A stretch of 63,810 nt of DNA, filler included, from Vicugna vicugna (lineage: Eukaryota), in the NCBI GenBank assembly GCA_013265495.1. It is 76 parts of 75 records of this genome, joined end to end, with 100 filler letters (N's around TTAATTAATTAA, not from the genome) between each part and the next. Parts side by side here need not be neighbours in the genome. Positions count along the whole stretch, not along the records: positions 1 to 759 come from MU061676.1; positions 860 to 1,344 come from MU061677.1; positions 1,445 to 2,182 come from MU061678.1; positions 2,283 to 3,017 come from PNXW01020231.1; positions 3,118 to 3,599 come from MU061680.1; positions 3,700 to 4,384 come from MU061681.1; positions 4,485 to 5,290 come from MU061682.1; positions 5,391 to 5,861 come from PNXW01020240.1; 68 more parts are not named here. One strand, written 5' to 3'. Of the stretch, positions 1 through 13,029 are shown in pieces. Below the pieces are notes generated by a model. The model saw nothing but the letters and a program-made list of their open reading frames with translations. It was not told the origin of the DNA and searched no databases. Positions within the stretch are counted from its first letter, which is position 1. Each line of letters begins with the position of its first letter. Made by a program: the position numbers and the translations under genes.

Positions 1-759
1 AAGCTGGGAACTATGTAGTCTCATAGAGGAAACTTTTTCCAGAGACAATGCAGGGCGCCGCTCTGGAGGTTCCACTGTCTCTTCTGCTCACAGTGCTTCC
101 CCCAATTCTTTTCACCTCATTTGTTCAAATCAGATCAGTGGTTTAGGATTCTCCAGGGTCTGATTAAGAGACCAGATGGAGGCATGAAGANNNNNNNNNN
201 NNNNNNNNNNNNNNNNNNNNNNNNNNNNNNNNNNNNNNNNNNNNNNNNNNNNNNNNNNNNNNNNNNNNNNNNNNNNNNNNNNNNNNNNNNNNNNNNNNNN
301 NNNNNNNNNNNNNNNNNNNNNNNNNNNNNNNNNNNNNNNNNNNNNNNNNNNNNNNNNNNNNNNNNNNNNNNNNNNNNNNNNNNNNNNNNNNNNNNNNNNN
401 NNNNNNNNNNNNNNNNNNNNNNNNNNNNNNNNNNNNNNNNNNNNNNNNNNNNNNNNNNNNNNNNNNNNNNNNNNNNNNNNNNNNNNNNNNNNNNNNNNNN
501 NNNNNNNNNNNNNNNNNNNNNNNNNNNNNNNNNNNNAGATAAATAAAGGTTATTCAGTGAATGGAACACTTGTTAGCTACTTGGGGGAAAAGAAAAGATT
601 GAAATCATACAGTGAACCATATATTGTGATAAATTCCAGAAACATTTAAAAAGTAACACAATTAGAAAAAAAACTACAGATAAATATGGATGAGTATACA
701 ACCTCTAGATGGAAAGTAAGTATCAGAGGAAATTATACAAAGATTTCCATGCATCAGAG

Positions 760-859
760 NNNNNNNNNNNNNNNNNNNNNNNNNNNNNNNNNNNNNNNNN
801 NNNTTAATTAATTAANNNNNNNNNNNNNNNNNNNNNNNNNNNNNNNNNNNNNNNNNNNN
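760..859. other. Artificial scaffold-joining linker (44 N + TTAATTAATTAA + 44 N); first of 75 copies, the last centred at 63045
   Basis: Identical 100-bp structure recurs between unrelated sequences; TTAATTAATTAA gives stops in all six frames. Confidence 0.98.
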
Positions 860-2329
860 AAAGGCATCAGATAAACTTGTCAATTAAGTTGTGCATGTGT
901 GTGCATGCATGTAGGTGGGTGTGTGTGTGTCTTATAAACAGGAAAGGAGGGACTCTAAACACAAACTACCTGGAAGGTAAAGAAAATGTTAAGAAACTCT
1001 CCCTCATCCACAAGACAAAAAGAGTGGAAATGTACTAGCAAGGATAAATTCTTAGTGGNNNNNNNNNNNNNNNNNNNNNNNNNNNNNNNNNNNNNNNNNN
1101 NNNNNNNNNNNNNNNNNNNNNNNNNNNNNNNNNNNNNNNNNNNNNNNNNNNNNNNNNNNNNNTTTTTTGTTTTTAGTCTGAGTGACAGCACTTAACCTAC
1201 TCCGGTGCCACCCAAAGCAGTGTTGACCATCTTCCACTCAAATCAATCAACACGTAGAGGACAGGAGTTCCCCGGACACTCAGGAAAAAGAAGAGAACAG
1301 GTTGAAGGCTGAGGGGAGGTGTGAGGATGTGAATCCTGACTTAANNNNNNNNNNNNNNNNNNNNNNNNNNNNNNNNNNNNNNNNNNNNTTAATTAATTAA
1401 NNNNNNNNNNNNNNNNNNNNNNNNNNNNNNNNNNNNNNNNNNNNGAGGAGGTGCCGGACAGCCTGGGAGGGGTCCCAACATTCTAGCCAGATGGCGAGGG
1501 ATCTCTCATGGAAGCCAGTCTTCCAGTGATGCCCTCACTTTGCCCCTCATTATGCAAGGACCTGGGGACCGGCAAAGGTCACATCACCCCGGGTCAAGGC
1601 CTAGCCGAACGCAGTGTTTTTGCCCGGAGCCTGTCAGACCAGGGGTGCTGGCATGGGGATTGCAAGGCGACGTGGAAGATCTTGATTCTGATGTACCTGT
1701 CTCCTTTCTCTCACCTTGCCTAGATATGGTTTCAGAATCGGAGAGCTCGGCACCCGGAGCAGAGCAGTGGGGCGCCTGCCAAGGCCCGGGCAGAAGACCC
1801 CGATGCCAGACCAGCCCCGATTGTCCCATCGGACCAAAGGCCCCCGCCCAATATCCACCACGGCGCTCATCAATTGCCTCAAACTGATCTACTGGATAGC
1901 TTCAGGTCCATTGCCTGGGCAACCCCTCCTCTGTCCCCCAGCTTCTTTGTGCCTTGTGCGCACCCTGGTGGCTGGGTGGGCCAGCCACTGATCCTCCTGG
2001 TGCTCCAGCCCACCCCTGCTTCGCAGGGAGTTGAGAACCCTCCACATCTGGGAACAGACCCAAACGGCACCACAGCAGGGCCGAGTCCAGGAGGGGGTCT
2101 CGCACCCGTGCACGCGGCACTCACGCCCTCTGCCCACGGAGGGCCCTGCCCGCATCACAGCCTGCACCCTGGCGCGGCAGCANNNNNNNNNNNNNNNNNN
2201 NNNNNNNNNNNNNNNNNNNNNNNNNNTTAATTAATTAANNNNNNNNNNNNNNNNNNNNNNNNNNNNNNNNNNNNNNNNNNNNCATCCATCAATGAACGAA
2301 TAAACAAAATTACCAAGAATAGGCCCAGA

Positions 2330-3017
2330 AACATTTGGTCATTGAAACTTTGACAAAGGAGGTGAAAACATACAATGGTGTAAAGACAGCCTCTTCAGCA
2401 AATGGTGTAGGAAAAACTGAACAGCTGCATGTAAATCATTGAAGTTAGACTACTCCCTCACAGCATACACAAAAATGAATTCAAAATGTGTTAAAGACTT
2501 AAACATGTAGACAAGACACTACAAATCTCTTAGAAGCAACCATAGGTAAAACATCTGACATACATCTAAGCAATGTTCTCCAGAGCAGTCTACTCAAGCA
2601 ATATAAAAACAAACAAAAATATACAAGTGGGATCTAATTAAACTTACAAGCAAAACAAGAGACAACCTACTTATGGAATGGGAAGAAATATTTGCAATAA
2701 ATGAAACTGACAAGAACTTAATTCCCAGAATATGTAAACAGCTTTTACACTTAATAAGAAAGAAAAACAAACAATTCAATTCAAAAATGGGCAGAAGTCC
2801 TAAAGAAACATTTCTCCAATGAAGACATACAAATGGCCAGTAGGCACATGAAAAAATGTTCAATATCATTCTCAGAGAAATGCAAATCAAAACTGCAATC
2901 AAGTATCACCTCTAACCAGTCAGAATAGCCATCATTCAGAAGTTCACAGACAATAAATACTGGAGAGGCTACGGAGAAATGGGAACACTCCTACACTGTG
3001 GTGGGAATGCAGTTTGG
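2330..3017 (+). mobile_element. LINE-1 ORF2 C-terminal fragment, degraded
   Basis: Typical L1 ORF2 text (TTTGACAAAGGAGG...AAAGACAGCCTCTTCAGCAAATGGTG; AAAAATGGGCAGAAG; AGAGAAATGCAAATCAAAAC); frame broken. Confidence 0.9.
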
Positions 3018-3117
3018 NNNNNNNNNNNNNNNNNNNNNNNNNNNNNNNNNNNNNNNNNNNNTTAATTAATTAANNNNNNNNNNNNNNNNNNNNNNNNNNN
3101 NNNNNNNNNNNNNNNNN

Positions 3118-3599
3118 GCCCAAACCGTGCCCCAGGCCAGCCCCCTTGACCACTGGCCCAAACCGCGCACCAGACCAACCCCCGCGACCACTGGCCCACA
3201 CCGCTACCCAGACCAGGCCCCCACGACCACTGGCACAAACCGATCCCCAGACCTGGCCCCCGTGACCACTGGCCCAAATCGCTCCCCAGACCAGGCCCCA
3301 GCGACCNNNNNNNNNNNNNNNNNNNNNNNNNNNNNNNNNNNNNNNNNNNNNNNNNNNNNNNNNNNNNNNNNNNNNNNNNNNNNNNNNNNNNNNNNNNNNN
3401 NNNNNNNNNNNNNNNNNNNNNNNNNNNNNNNNNNNNNNNNNNNNNNNNNNNNNNNNNNNNNNNNNNNNNNNNNNNNNNNNNNNNNNNNNNNNNNNNNNNN
3501 NNNNNNNNNNNNNNNNCCCCGCGACCACTGGCCCAAACCGGTCCCCATACCAGTTCCCCGTGACCACTGGCCCAAACCAGGCCACCATGACCCTGGCCC
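3118..3599. repeat. GC/CpG-rich ~39-bp minisatellite (core CCCCGCGACCACTGGCCCAAACCG)
   Basis: GACCACTGGC recurs every 38-39 bp on both sides of the internal gap. Confidence 0.9.
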
Positions 3600-3699
3600 N
3601 NNNNNNNNNNNNNNNNNNNNNNNNNNNNNNNNNNNNNNNNNNNTTAATTAATTAANNNNNNNNNNNNNNNNNNNNNNNNNNNNNNNNNNNNNNNNNNNN

Positions 3700-4384
3700 A
3701 GGTTGACTTCCCTGTGTGTTTTCCAAGGACCGACTGGGAGCGAATTTGGGGGTTAGGCTCTAAAGCCAAGTAATAGCGAGTGCCTCTCTATGGGCAGTGG
3801 AGGTGTTTAAAGTACATTTCCTCCCTGGGAACATCTGTGCCTCATAAAGTTGCGTGGACTATGTGTCCCCAACACCAGCACAAACACAAAGAATTGTTCA
3901 GGTATCCTGTGTGTGGGAGACTCCTCCACCTGACAGCAGCGCATGGGTTCTAATAGAATCCCAAAGCTTGTCTTCCCTGATGGCATGCCTAGGCTGGAGT
4001 GTGGGGGGAAGTGGGGTTTGGGTTGAAGTCCAAGTAGCAATGAGTGCCCCCTGATTTACTGGGGAAGTACTTAGANNNNNNNNNNNNNNNNNNNNNNNNN
4101 NNNNNNNNNNNNNNNNNNNNNNNNNNNNNNNNNNNNNNNNNNNNNNNNNNNNGCCCACACAAGGCTGGGATCCGGAATCCTGAGTGTGTTGGAAGTTCCT
4201 CCAACTGACAGCAGCGCCTGCGTTCGAATAGAATAACTCAGCTTGTATTCCCTGTTTCCCTAGGCCGGGCTGCTTGCGAAATCTGGGGGTTGTGCTTTGA
4301 GGCCAAGTTGCATCTTTTGCCAACCAATTGACTGAGGATTTACTTATGGAACTCCCCTACCGGGGAACACCTGTGTCAACATTC
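3700..4384 (-). repeat. Satellite B (diverged ~265-bp monomers)
   Basis: Reverse complement of motif TAGAACCCAGGCGCTGCTGTCAGTTGGAGGA near 3925-3960 and 4195-4230. Confidence 0.85.
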
Positions 4385-4484
4385 NNNNNNNNNNNNNNNN
4401 NNNNNNNNNNNNNNNNNNNNNNNNNNNNTTAATTAATTAANNNNNNNNNNNNNNNNNNNNNNNNNNNNNNNNNNNNNNNNNNNN

Positions 4485-5290
4485 CGTTTTTACAGTGAAA
4501 AAGTCAGGCACGTCAAACCGGCACTAGGAGACAGACTGAGAAACTTGAGTAAGGGTTTCTCCTGCAACCCGTTCTCTTTGTGCTGGATGAACGAACGTCT
4601 CTCCACATGCTCAGTTCTGAGAGATAAGTGTGTGTGAAAACCGTCCTTCACCTATCTTGAAGGGAACACAAAGTTTCTTTTCAGTTGCAAACTCCACNNN
4701 NNNNNNNNNNNNNNNNNNNNNNNNNNNNNNNNNNNNNNNNNNNNNNNNNNNNNNNNNNNNNNNNNNNNNNNNNNNNNNNNNNNNNNNNNNNNNNNNNNNN
4801 NNNNNNNNNNNNNNNNNNNNNNNNNNNNNNNNNNNNNNNNNNNNNNNNNNNNNNNNNNNNNNNNNNNNNNNNNNNNNNNNNNNNNNNNNNNNNNNNNNNN
4901 NNNNNNNNNNNNNNNNNNNNNNNNNNNNNNNNNNNNNNNNNNNNNNNNNNNNNNNNNNNNNNNNNNNNNNNNNNNNNNNNNNNNNNNNNNNNNNNNNNNN
5001 NNNNNNNNNNNNNNNNNNNNNNNNNNNNNNNNNNNNNNNNNNNNNNNNNNNNNNNNNNNNNNNNNNNNNNNNNNNNNNNNNNNNNNNNNNNNGCTCAGTT
5101 CTGAGAGAAAAGTGTGTGTGAAAGCCGTCCTTCACCTAGCTTGAAGGGAACACAAAGTTTCTTTTCAGTTGTAAACCCCACTCCATACATATATATGGGC
5201 AGGTACAAGCTCGAACTCGTTTTAACAGTGAAAAAGTCAGGCACGGCAAACCGGCACTAGGAAACAGACTGAGAAACCTGAGTAAGGGTT
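4485..5290 (+). repeat. Satellite C (249-bp monomer)
   Basis: Repeated CAAACCGGCACTAGG...GACTGAGAAAC and GCTCAGTTCTGAGAG blocks; same family as 15464-16000 and 45768-46477. Confidence 0.9.
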
Positions 5291-5390
5291 NNNNNNNNNN
5301 NNNNNNNNNNNNNNNNNNNNNNNNNNNNNNNNNNTTAATTAATTAANNNNNNNNNNNNNNNNNNNNNNNNNNNNNNNNNNNNNNNNNNNN

Positions 5391-5861
5391 ATTCTACATT
5401 CTCCTTTCATATTTTGGCAATTTGTGCTGTCTCTCATTTCTTGTTTTTGAGTTTGGCCTGAGGTTTGTCGGTTTTACTTACTTTTTAGACAAACCAGCCT
5501 TTGGATTGGTTGAATTTTTCCTATGGTCATTTTAAACTCTATTTTATTTATTTCCTCCCCAATATTTATGATTTCCTTCCTTCTGCTGCCTTTGGGTATT
5601 TTTTTCTTCTTTTTCTAGTTCATTCTCCTGATAGGTTAAATTGTTTATTTGTGGTTGTTCTTCATTTCTGAGGTCTTTATTGCTATAAACTCCCCTCTCA
5701 ACACTACAAACACTGCTTTTGCTGTGTCCCATAAATTTTGTGTGGTTTTGCTTTCATTTCCTTTTGTCCCAAGGTAAATTTTCATTTCAGCTTTAATTTC
5801 TTTTTTGACCCATAATTTTTTTAATACCATATTGTTTAATCCCCATGTTTTCCTTTTGTTC
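5391..5861 (-). mobile_element. LINE-1 ORF2 fragment (region after the endonuclease domain)
   Basis: Translations WVKKEIKAEMKIYL..QNLWDTAKAV..LRGEFIAI and QINNLTYQENELEKEE match L1 ORF2p. Confidence 0.9.
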
Positions 5862-5961
5862 NNNNNNNNNNNNNNNNNNNNNNNNNNNNNNNNNNNNNNN
5901 NNNNNTTAATTAATTAANNNNNNNNNNNNNNNNNNNNNNNNNNNNNNNNNNNNNNNNNNNN

Positions 5962-7175
5962 ACTCGCTAATCCTTGTCTTTAGGGCCCAACCCCCACATT
6001 CGCTGAAAGACCGGCCTAGGTTAACACCCAAGGAAGTCATGCTAAAGGATTCTATTAGACCTCAGGTGCTGCTGTCATTTGGAGGAAACTCCCCACATTC
6101 AGGATAGAAGAACACTTCCTCGTTTGTGTGCTGGAGGTGGGGAAACAGAGTCCAGGCATCTTTCAGGGGCACATGTATTCCTACGTTNNNNNNNNNNNNN
6201 NTTTCTCAACTTCACATGTAGACGCATTGGCTAATACTTGGTATTAGAGCCGAAACCCCACTTTCCCCTGCACTCCAGCATAGGCAAACCATCAGGGAAG
6301 GCAAGTTAAGGGATTCAAGAACACAAGCGCTGCTGACAGATGGAGGAACGTCACAAAACTCATGATTTCGGAACCCAACATATTGTGGCGGTGTATGTGG
6401 AGCCAAAATCCAAGTAGATGAATGGGGTCACACGTGTTCCCCATTTGGGAGAAGTCCTCTAAATACTTCCACAATCCATCGGGAGGCAGTTGCTTCTACT
6501 TGGCCTCCAAGCCAAACTCCCAGCTTTCCCTCTAAGCCCGGCCTAGGGAAACACTCAAGGAAAACAATCTAAGGAATACTATTAGAACCCAGGCCCTGCT
6601 GTCATTTGGAGGAGCCTCCACACAATCAGGATACCTGAGCACGTATCCGTGTGTGTGCTGCAGGGGGGAAAAATAGTCCACGCATCTCTATGGGGGCACA
6701 GGTGTTCCAAGGTTGAGGAAGTAGTTTCAAACCCTCCANNNNNNNNNNNNNNNNNNNNNNNNNNNNNNNNNNNNNNNNNNNNNNNNNNNNNNNNNNNNNN
6801 NNNNNNNNNNNNNNNNNNNNNNNNNNNNNNNNNNNNNNNNNNNNNNNNNNNNNNNNNNNNNNNNNNNNNNNNNNNNNNNNNNNNNNNNNNNNNNNNNNNN
6901 NNNNNNNNNNNNNNNNNNNNNNNNNNNNNNNNNNNNNNNNNNNNNNNNNNNNNNNNNNNNNNNNNNNNNNNNNNNNNNNNNNNNNNNNNNNNNNNNNNNN
7001 NNNNNNNNNNNNNNNNNNNNNNNNNNNNNNNNNNNNNNNNNNNNNNNNNNNNNNNNNNNNNNNNNNNTGGCAAACCAGAAGAACAGTTAAAGTATTGTAT
7101 TACAACCTAGGCTCTGCTGTTAGTTGCAGAAACCTCCCCACACTCAAGACATCTTAACCCAATTTCGTGTGTGTG
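5962..7175 (+). repeat. Satellite B
   Basis: TTAGA(A)CCCAGG..CTGCTGTCATTTGGAGGA motif at ~6055, ~6320 and ~6582. Confidence 0.88.
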
Positions 7176-7299
7176 NNNNNNNNNNNNNNNNNNNNNNNNN
7201 NNNNNNNNNNNNNNNNNNNTTAATTAATTAANNNNNNNNNNNNNNNNNNNNNNNNNNNNNNNNNNNNNNNNNNNNAGTTATTTTATATATACAAGTTTA

Positions 7300-8239
7300 A
7301 ATAAAATACCTCAGATATTACATGTTACCCCAAAAGCACAAGGTAAAATGAAAACAGAGACAAATTGGAGTTCATTAAAATTTAAAACTTTGCTTCAAAG
7401 GACACCATCCAGAAAGTGGAAAAACAACAGAGAGGAGAAAATTTTTTCAAATCATTTATCTGATAAGGAATTTGTAACTCAAACAAACAAAAAAAAATTA
7501 CACAGCTCAACAATATAAAGGCAACTCAATTAAAAAATGAATAAAGGATCTGAAAACATATTTTTCAAGGAAAATAAACAAATGGCCAATAAGCACAATG
7601 AAACAATGTTCAATAACACTAGCTCTAAAGGAAATCAAGTCAAAACCACTAGGAGAAACCGCTTCACACTCACTACAATAGGTTATAATAAGGGTAACAA
7701 GCTCTAATGAGGACACAGAGGAAGCGGAGCGCGCAGTCCATGCTGGTGAGGACGTAACACAACGTGGCCACTTTGGAAAACAGCCTGGCACATCCTCAGA
7801 GAGTTGAACATTTGGTTTCTGAATGACCCAGCAATTCTGCTTCCTGGGCACACAAGTAAGAGAACTGAAAACAAATGTTCACATAAAAAATCCTACAGGA
7901 ATATTCATGGTGCCATTAAGATTCAGAGCCAAAAAACAGAAACAACCCAAATGTCTATCACGTGATGAATGGGTAAACACAGGGGCCCAGCCATAGAGTG
8001 GAATATTATTCAGCAATAGCAAAGCATAGAGTACTGACCCAAGCCACAACGTAGACAAACATTGAAAACGTTATTCACTGTGAAAGAAGTCTAGTCACAA
8101 TAGACGGTTCCAGTTACATGAAGTGACTCGATTTGCAAGAAATGTTCAGCACAGACAAATCCATAGAGAGAGAAGAGCGGCTCCCTGGGGCTGTGGAATG
8201 GGAAGTTGGGAATGTCTGTTTATGCATACGGGGTTTCCT
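7300..8239 (+). mobile_element. Old LINE-1 (L1M-type) ORF2 end and 3' UTR
   Basis: ATCTGATAAGG, AAATGGCCAATAAGCAC, GACCCAGCAATTCTGCTTCCTGGG, AAACAACCCAAATGTCTATC, GGAATATTATTCAGCAAT hallmarks. Confidence 0.85.
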
Positions 8240-8339
8240 NNNNNNNNNNNNNNNNNNNNNNNNNNNNNNNNNNNNNNNNNNNNTTAATTAATTAANNNNN
8301 NNNNNNNNNNNNNNNNNNNNNNNNNNNNNNNNNNNNNNN

Positions 8340-8821
8340 ATATTCTGTTTTCTACATTGTATTTTCTAAATTCTATATTCAGTGTTCTGTATTTTATATT
8401 CTAAATTAAGTGTTCTAAATTGTATATACATATTCTATATTCAGTATTCTGTATTCTATATTCTAAATTCTGTGTTCTACACTCTAAATTCTCAATTTTA
8501 TATTCAGTAGTCTGTATTCTATATTCTAAAATCTGTGTTCTGCATTCCATGTTCTCAATTCTGTGTTTTGTATTCTGTGTTCCATATTCTATATTCTGTT
8601 TTCTACATTCTATATTCTGTATTCAATATTCTGCTTTCCGTATTCTATACTCTATATTCTGTTTTCTACATTGTATATTCATATTCTATATTCAGTATTC
8701 GGTATTATATATTCTAAATTCTTTGTTCTACATTCTAAATTCTAAATTCTATATTCAGTAGTCTGTATTCAAATAATCTAAATTTTGTGTTCTGCATTCC
8801 ATGTTCTAAATCCTGGGTTCT
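8340..8821 (-). repeat. Satellite D, heptamer (AGAATAT)n variants
   Basis: Continuous ATATTCT-type 7-bp periodicity. Confidence 0.95.
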
Positions 8822-9826
8822 NNNNNNNNNNNNNNNNNNNNNNNNNNNNNNNNNNNNNNNNNNNNTTAATTAATTAANNNNNNNNNNNNNNNNNNNNNNN
8901 NNNNNNNNNNNNNNNNNNNNNATCCCAGGTTACATGCCTTCTTAGGAGAGTGTACTTCTCATATTATAACCGTGTGTTCAATATCCTTCAAGGATTAATT
9001 CAGTGCTGGAGGTTGGGGGAGGGATATATTCCTTTATCCACTATTTCCAATACGAAAAGACAATATGTGCTTAACAAATGTCTATAGAAAGATTATCATT
9101 CTTTTAATGTGTGAAACTTTGCTGTGACTGACAGTGGGTGGAGTTTGTTACAATAACAGACTAAAGTAGTTTCAGCATCACAAATGGCTTTATGCTGAAA
9201 CAAAGTTAAACTCAGATTTAAAATAATCCCTTTTTTCCAAATCATATGTGATATAAGTTAAAAATTACAAACTTAAGCTTCCTATATATAAACATTTACC
9301 CAGTTTGTCTTGTTATAGGGCTAAGAATTTCTCTAATATTAACTCATTTTATTTTAGAATTGTGTAACTTGTACAAGCATTTCTTGAAAGGAGTCACATA
9401 TTTAATCACTGTCAGCCATACTCACCTTAGTTGAAATTAGTTGGAATAGTTAATTAAATAGTTAATTAGTATCCTTTAGTCATGATACATGATCCAAGAC
9501 TGGTAAGTTTTGGAGGAGTGTTCTATTAAGATCTAGGGGCCTAGGATTGAAATAAAAGATAAAATAATCAAAGACCATTTTTTGTCGCTATACCAGGAGA
9601 GTCAAACAATGTTTCAGAGATAAAAACTCGCTAAAGAGGTAGGTATAAGCTCCAAAACTGACAACCTCTTCCACCCTACTGTGGACACAGGGCTAGTAAG
9701 TAGCACAGTTAAGATTCAAGACAAGTNNNNNNNNNNNNNNNNNNNNNNNNNNNNNNNNNNNNNNNNNNNNTTAATTAATTAANNNNNNNNNNNNNNNNNN
9801 NNNNNNNNNNNNNNNNNNNNNNNNNN

Positions 9827-10556
9827 ACGCATTTTTCAGGGGGCACAGTTATTCCCAAGTTGTTGGTTGTAGGTTAAATATCTCCACTTTCCATGGAGAG
9901 GCACATGATGATACTTGGTTTTAGAACCCAAATCCCACTTTCAGCCACACTCTGGCCTAGGCAAACCATCAGGGAAGACAAGCAAAGGGTTTCTATTAAA
10001 ACCAAGACGCTGATGTCACTTGGAGGAACTACTCCACCCTCAGGATTCTGGAATCCAACCTTGTGTCGTGGGGAGGTGTGGAGCCCCACTACACGCAGAT
10101 GAAAGTGTGCTCAGGTGTTTCCCTTTAGGGAGATTTCCTCTAAGAAATTCCTAAGTCCATCAGAGGGTACTCGCCGCTACTTGGCCTCCAAGCCCAACTC
10201 CCAGCTTTCCCTCATTGCCCGGCCTAAGGAAACACTCAGGGAACACAAGCTAAGGGATTCTAATAGAACCCAGGTGCTGCTGTCATTTGGAGTAGCCTCC
10301 CCATGCCCAGGATTCAAGAAAACTTTTTCGTGTGTGTGCTGTTGGTGGAGAAATAGAGTCCACGCATATTTAAGGGGCACTGGTATTCCCTTATTTGTGG
10401 TTGTTAGTTAAAAACCTCCAATTCCCATGGATAGGCATTCACAAATACTTGGATTTAGAGCCCAAATCACACTTTGAACCACACTCCGGCTTACGCAATC
10501 CATCAGGGAATAGAATCTTAAAGATTCTACTAAACACTGGAACTGCTGTCAGTTGG
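9827..10556 (+). repeat. Satellite B
   Basis: Monomer motif at ~9997, ~10263 and ~10530; first monomer closely matches 54587-54810. Confidence 0.88.
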
Positions 10557-10656
10557 NNNNNNNNNNNNNNNNNNNNNNNNNNNNNNNNNNNNNNNNNNNN
10601 TTAATTAATTAANNNNNNNNNNNNNNNNNNNNNNNNNNNNNNNNNNNNNNNNNNNN

Positions 10657-10870
10657 ACTTTAAAGGTAAGGACATTCATTAATCACACGGCTAATAAATG
10701 GTAGAACTGGGACTTGAACCCAAGCTGTCTGGCCCCAGAGCCCCCTCTCAGGCCCTTCACTGCAGCTCATCACTTGGCATGCCCGACACAGGCCAGCATT
10801 TAAGAGCAGTGTGACCTTGGCCAAGGCTGCTTCAACGCTTGGTCCCTGTTTCCTCATCTGTAGAATAGGG
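10657..10870. mobile_element. Two MIR SINE fragments in opposite orientation
   Basis: GCTAATAAATGGTAGAACTGGGACTTGAACCCAAG and GTGTGACCTTGGCCAAG...TTTCCTCATCTGTAGAATAGGG MIR core motifs. Confidence 0.7.
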
Positions 10871-11607
10871 GCGTGGGCAGTGAACTCTGTGAACTCAGTG
10901 GTCAGTCACTCCAGCTCTGCTATTATTCTGCTTTGAGTTAGTTTGGTAAGTATCTGAGCCTCTGAATGGCCCACCCATAGGCTGGCGCTTTGCTAGGCCC
11001 TTGGCTACGGAGAAAAGTAAGATCAGCCTGCTGCTCCGAGAAGCCTGTGTCCCTCCATGGGAAGCAGCTGCGAGGCCCAGGCTCCCTCGCTGGCTGTCGG
11101 GGGCTGGGCAGGAAAGTCTGATAAGAGAAGATGGAGGCAGAGCCCAGCCACACAGCTCTCAGGAGCAAGAGCCTCTGTCCAGGCTGCTGAGAGGGGGGTC
11201 CTCATGAGTCCAGTAGCCCCCCCAACCTAAGCCCTCAGGACAAAGATCCAGCCATCCCTGCAGTGTCACCATAGAGCCAGTCCATCCTCATCACTGTTCC
11301 TCTGTGCTCCTTTTTCCTGGGGCCTCTCTTCCCCCTGCACCCAGAAGACTTATCTCCCTCTCTTCTCTGAGTGTCCCCTCACTTCACCCGTGGCCCCTGC
11401 TTCCTGGATAATCATCTCTGGAGTTGACAGTTTGCCCCCTCACAACTCCCCGTTTGATAAGTAGCCTGGGTTGACCTCCTTGTGCTCACTTTCCACCTTC
11501 AGATCATNNNNNNNNNNNNNNNNNNNNNNNNNNNNNNNNNNNNNNNNNNNNTTAATTAATTAANNNNNNNNNNNNNNNNNNNNNNNNNNNNNNNNNNNNN
11601 NNNNNNN

Positions 11608-12046
11608 ATTTTAGAACCTGGTGATAGAAAAAACCTATGATGTCAAAGTAAACATTTCTAAGTGTATATAAGCCTTGTTTGGTGGATGAATGGTCAGTAA
11701 TCCACATTCTCACAGCTCAGAAACCCATGTTTGCCGAATCCATCATGCATGTAGCATGTACGGAACCCGGAAAACCAAGTTGAAGGAATTCATGTAAATT
11801 ACATATCTGTTAGGTGGTAATTGCTCCAGAAGTATTTTTCTGTGAAAGATGCATGAATAACTGGTGTTATGTAAAGCTTGTGAAAAAGAGTACACATGTC
11901 TAGATGTAAACATTCCTTTTTTAGAGGATATAAGATCAGTAATCCACATGCACTCAACTCAGGAATGAATGTTTGTCGAATAAAGCATGCATGAAGCATG
12001 AACAGAACACGGAATTCCATGTAGGTGGAATCTATTAAATTACATA
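11608..12046 (+). repeat. Satellite E (~741-bp unit of three ~247-bp subunits)
   Basis: AATCCACATGC, GTAGCATGTACGGAAC and GTAAATTACAT blocks recur at ~240-250 bp. Confidence 0.88.
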
Positions 12047-12146
12047 NNNNNNNNNNNNNNNNNNNNNNNNNNNNNNNNNNNNNNNNNNNNTTAATTAATT
12101 AANNNNNNNNNNNNNNNNNNNNNNNNNNNNNNNNNNNNNNNNNNNN

Positions 12147-12929
12147 TGCCATGTTGATGGAATTCATGTAAATTACACACCTATTAGTTGGGAATCGCTC
12201 CAGAAATATTTTTTTGTGAAAAATCCACGAATTTGAACCTGGTGTTAGGGAAAGCTTGTGAAAATGTGTACACGTGTCTAGATGAAAATATTACTTTTAT
12301 AGAGGAGGAAAGATTAGTAATCCAGATGACCTCAACTCAGTAATGTATATTTGTTGAATCCGTCATGAATGTAGCATGTATGGAACACGGAANNNNNNNN
12401 NNNNNNNNNNNNNNNNNNNNNNNNNNNNNNNNNNNNNNNNNNNNNNNNNNNNNNNNNNNNNNNNNNNNNNNNNNNNNNNNNNNNNNNNNNNNNNNNNNNN
12501 NNNNNNNNNNNNNNNNNNNNNNNNNNNNNNNNNNNNNNNNNNNNNNNNNNNNNNNNNNNNNNNNNNNNNNNNNNNNNNNNNNNNNNNNNNNNNNNNNNNN
12601 NNNNNNNNNNNNNNNNNNNNNNNNNNNNNNNNNNNNNNNNNNNNNNNNNNNNNNNNNNNNNNNNNNNNNNNNNNNNNNNNNNNNNNNNNNNNNNNNNNNN
12701 NNNNNNNNNNNNNNNNNNNNNNNNNNNNNNNNNNNNNNNNNNNNNNNNNNNNNNNNNNNNNNNNNNNNNNNNNNTAAATATTTCCAATATATGCCTTTTT
12801 CGGAGGGTGAAAGGTCTGTAATCCACCTGCTCACAAATCACAAACACATGATTGCCAAATCCATCATATATGTAGCATGTACGTAACCCGGAATGCCATG
12901 TTATTGGAATACATGTAAATTACATATCT
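12147..12929 (+). repeat. Satellite E
   Basis: Same blocks as other E scaffolds. Confidence 0.88.
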
Positions 12930-13029
12930 NNNNNNNNNNNNNNNNNNNNNNNNNNNNNNNNNNNNNNNNNNNNTTAATTAATTAANNNNNNNNNNNNNNN
13001 NNNNNNNNNNNNNNNNNNNNNNNNNNNNN

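Noticed and set aside
121..569. Long ORFs in the track that are mostly X (also 34068-35093, 41643-42758 and others)
   Set aside because: They are open only because N runs contain no stops
1445..2182. Multiple overlapping ORFs in a GC-rich scaffold
   Set aside because: No recognisable protein in any frame; expected from GC content
8420..8761. Hydrophobic YILYS-rich 'membrane proteins' (also 60310-61020)
   Set aside because: Translations of the heptamer satellite
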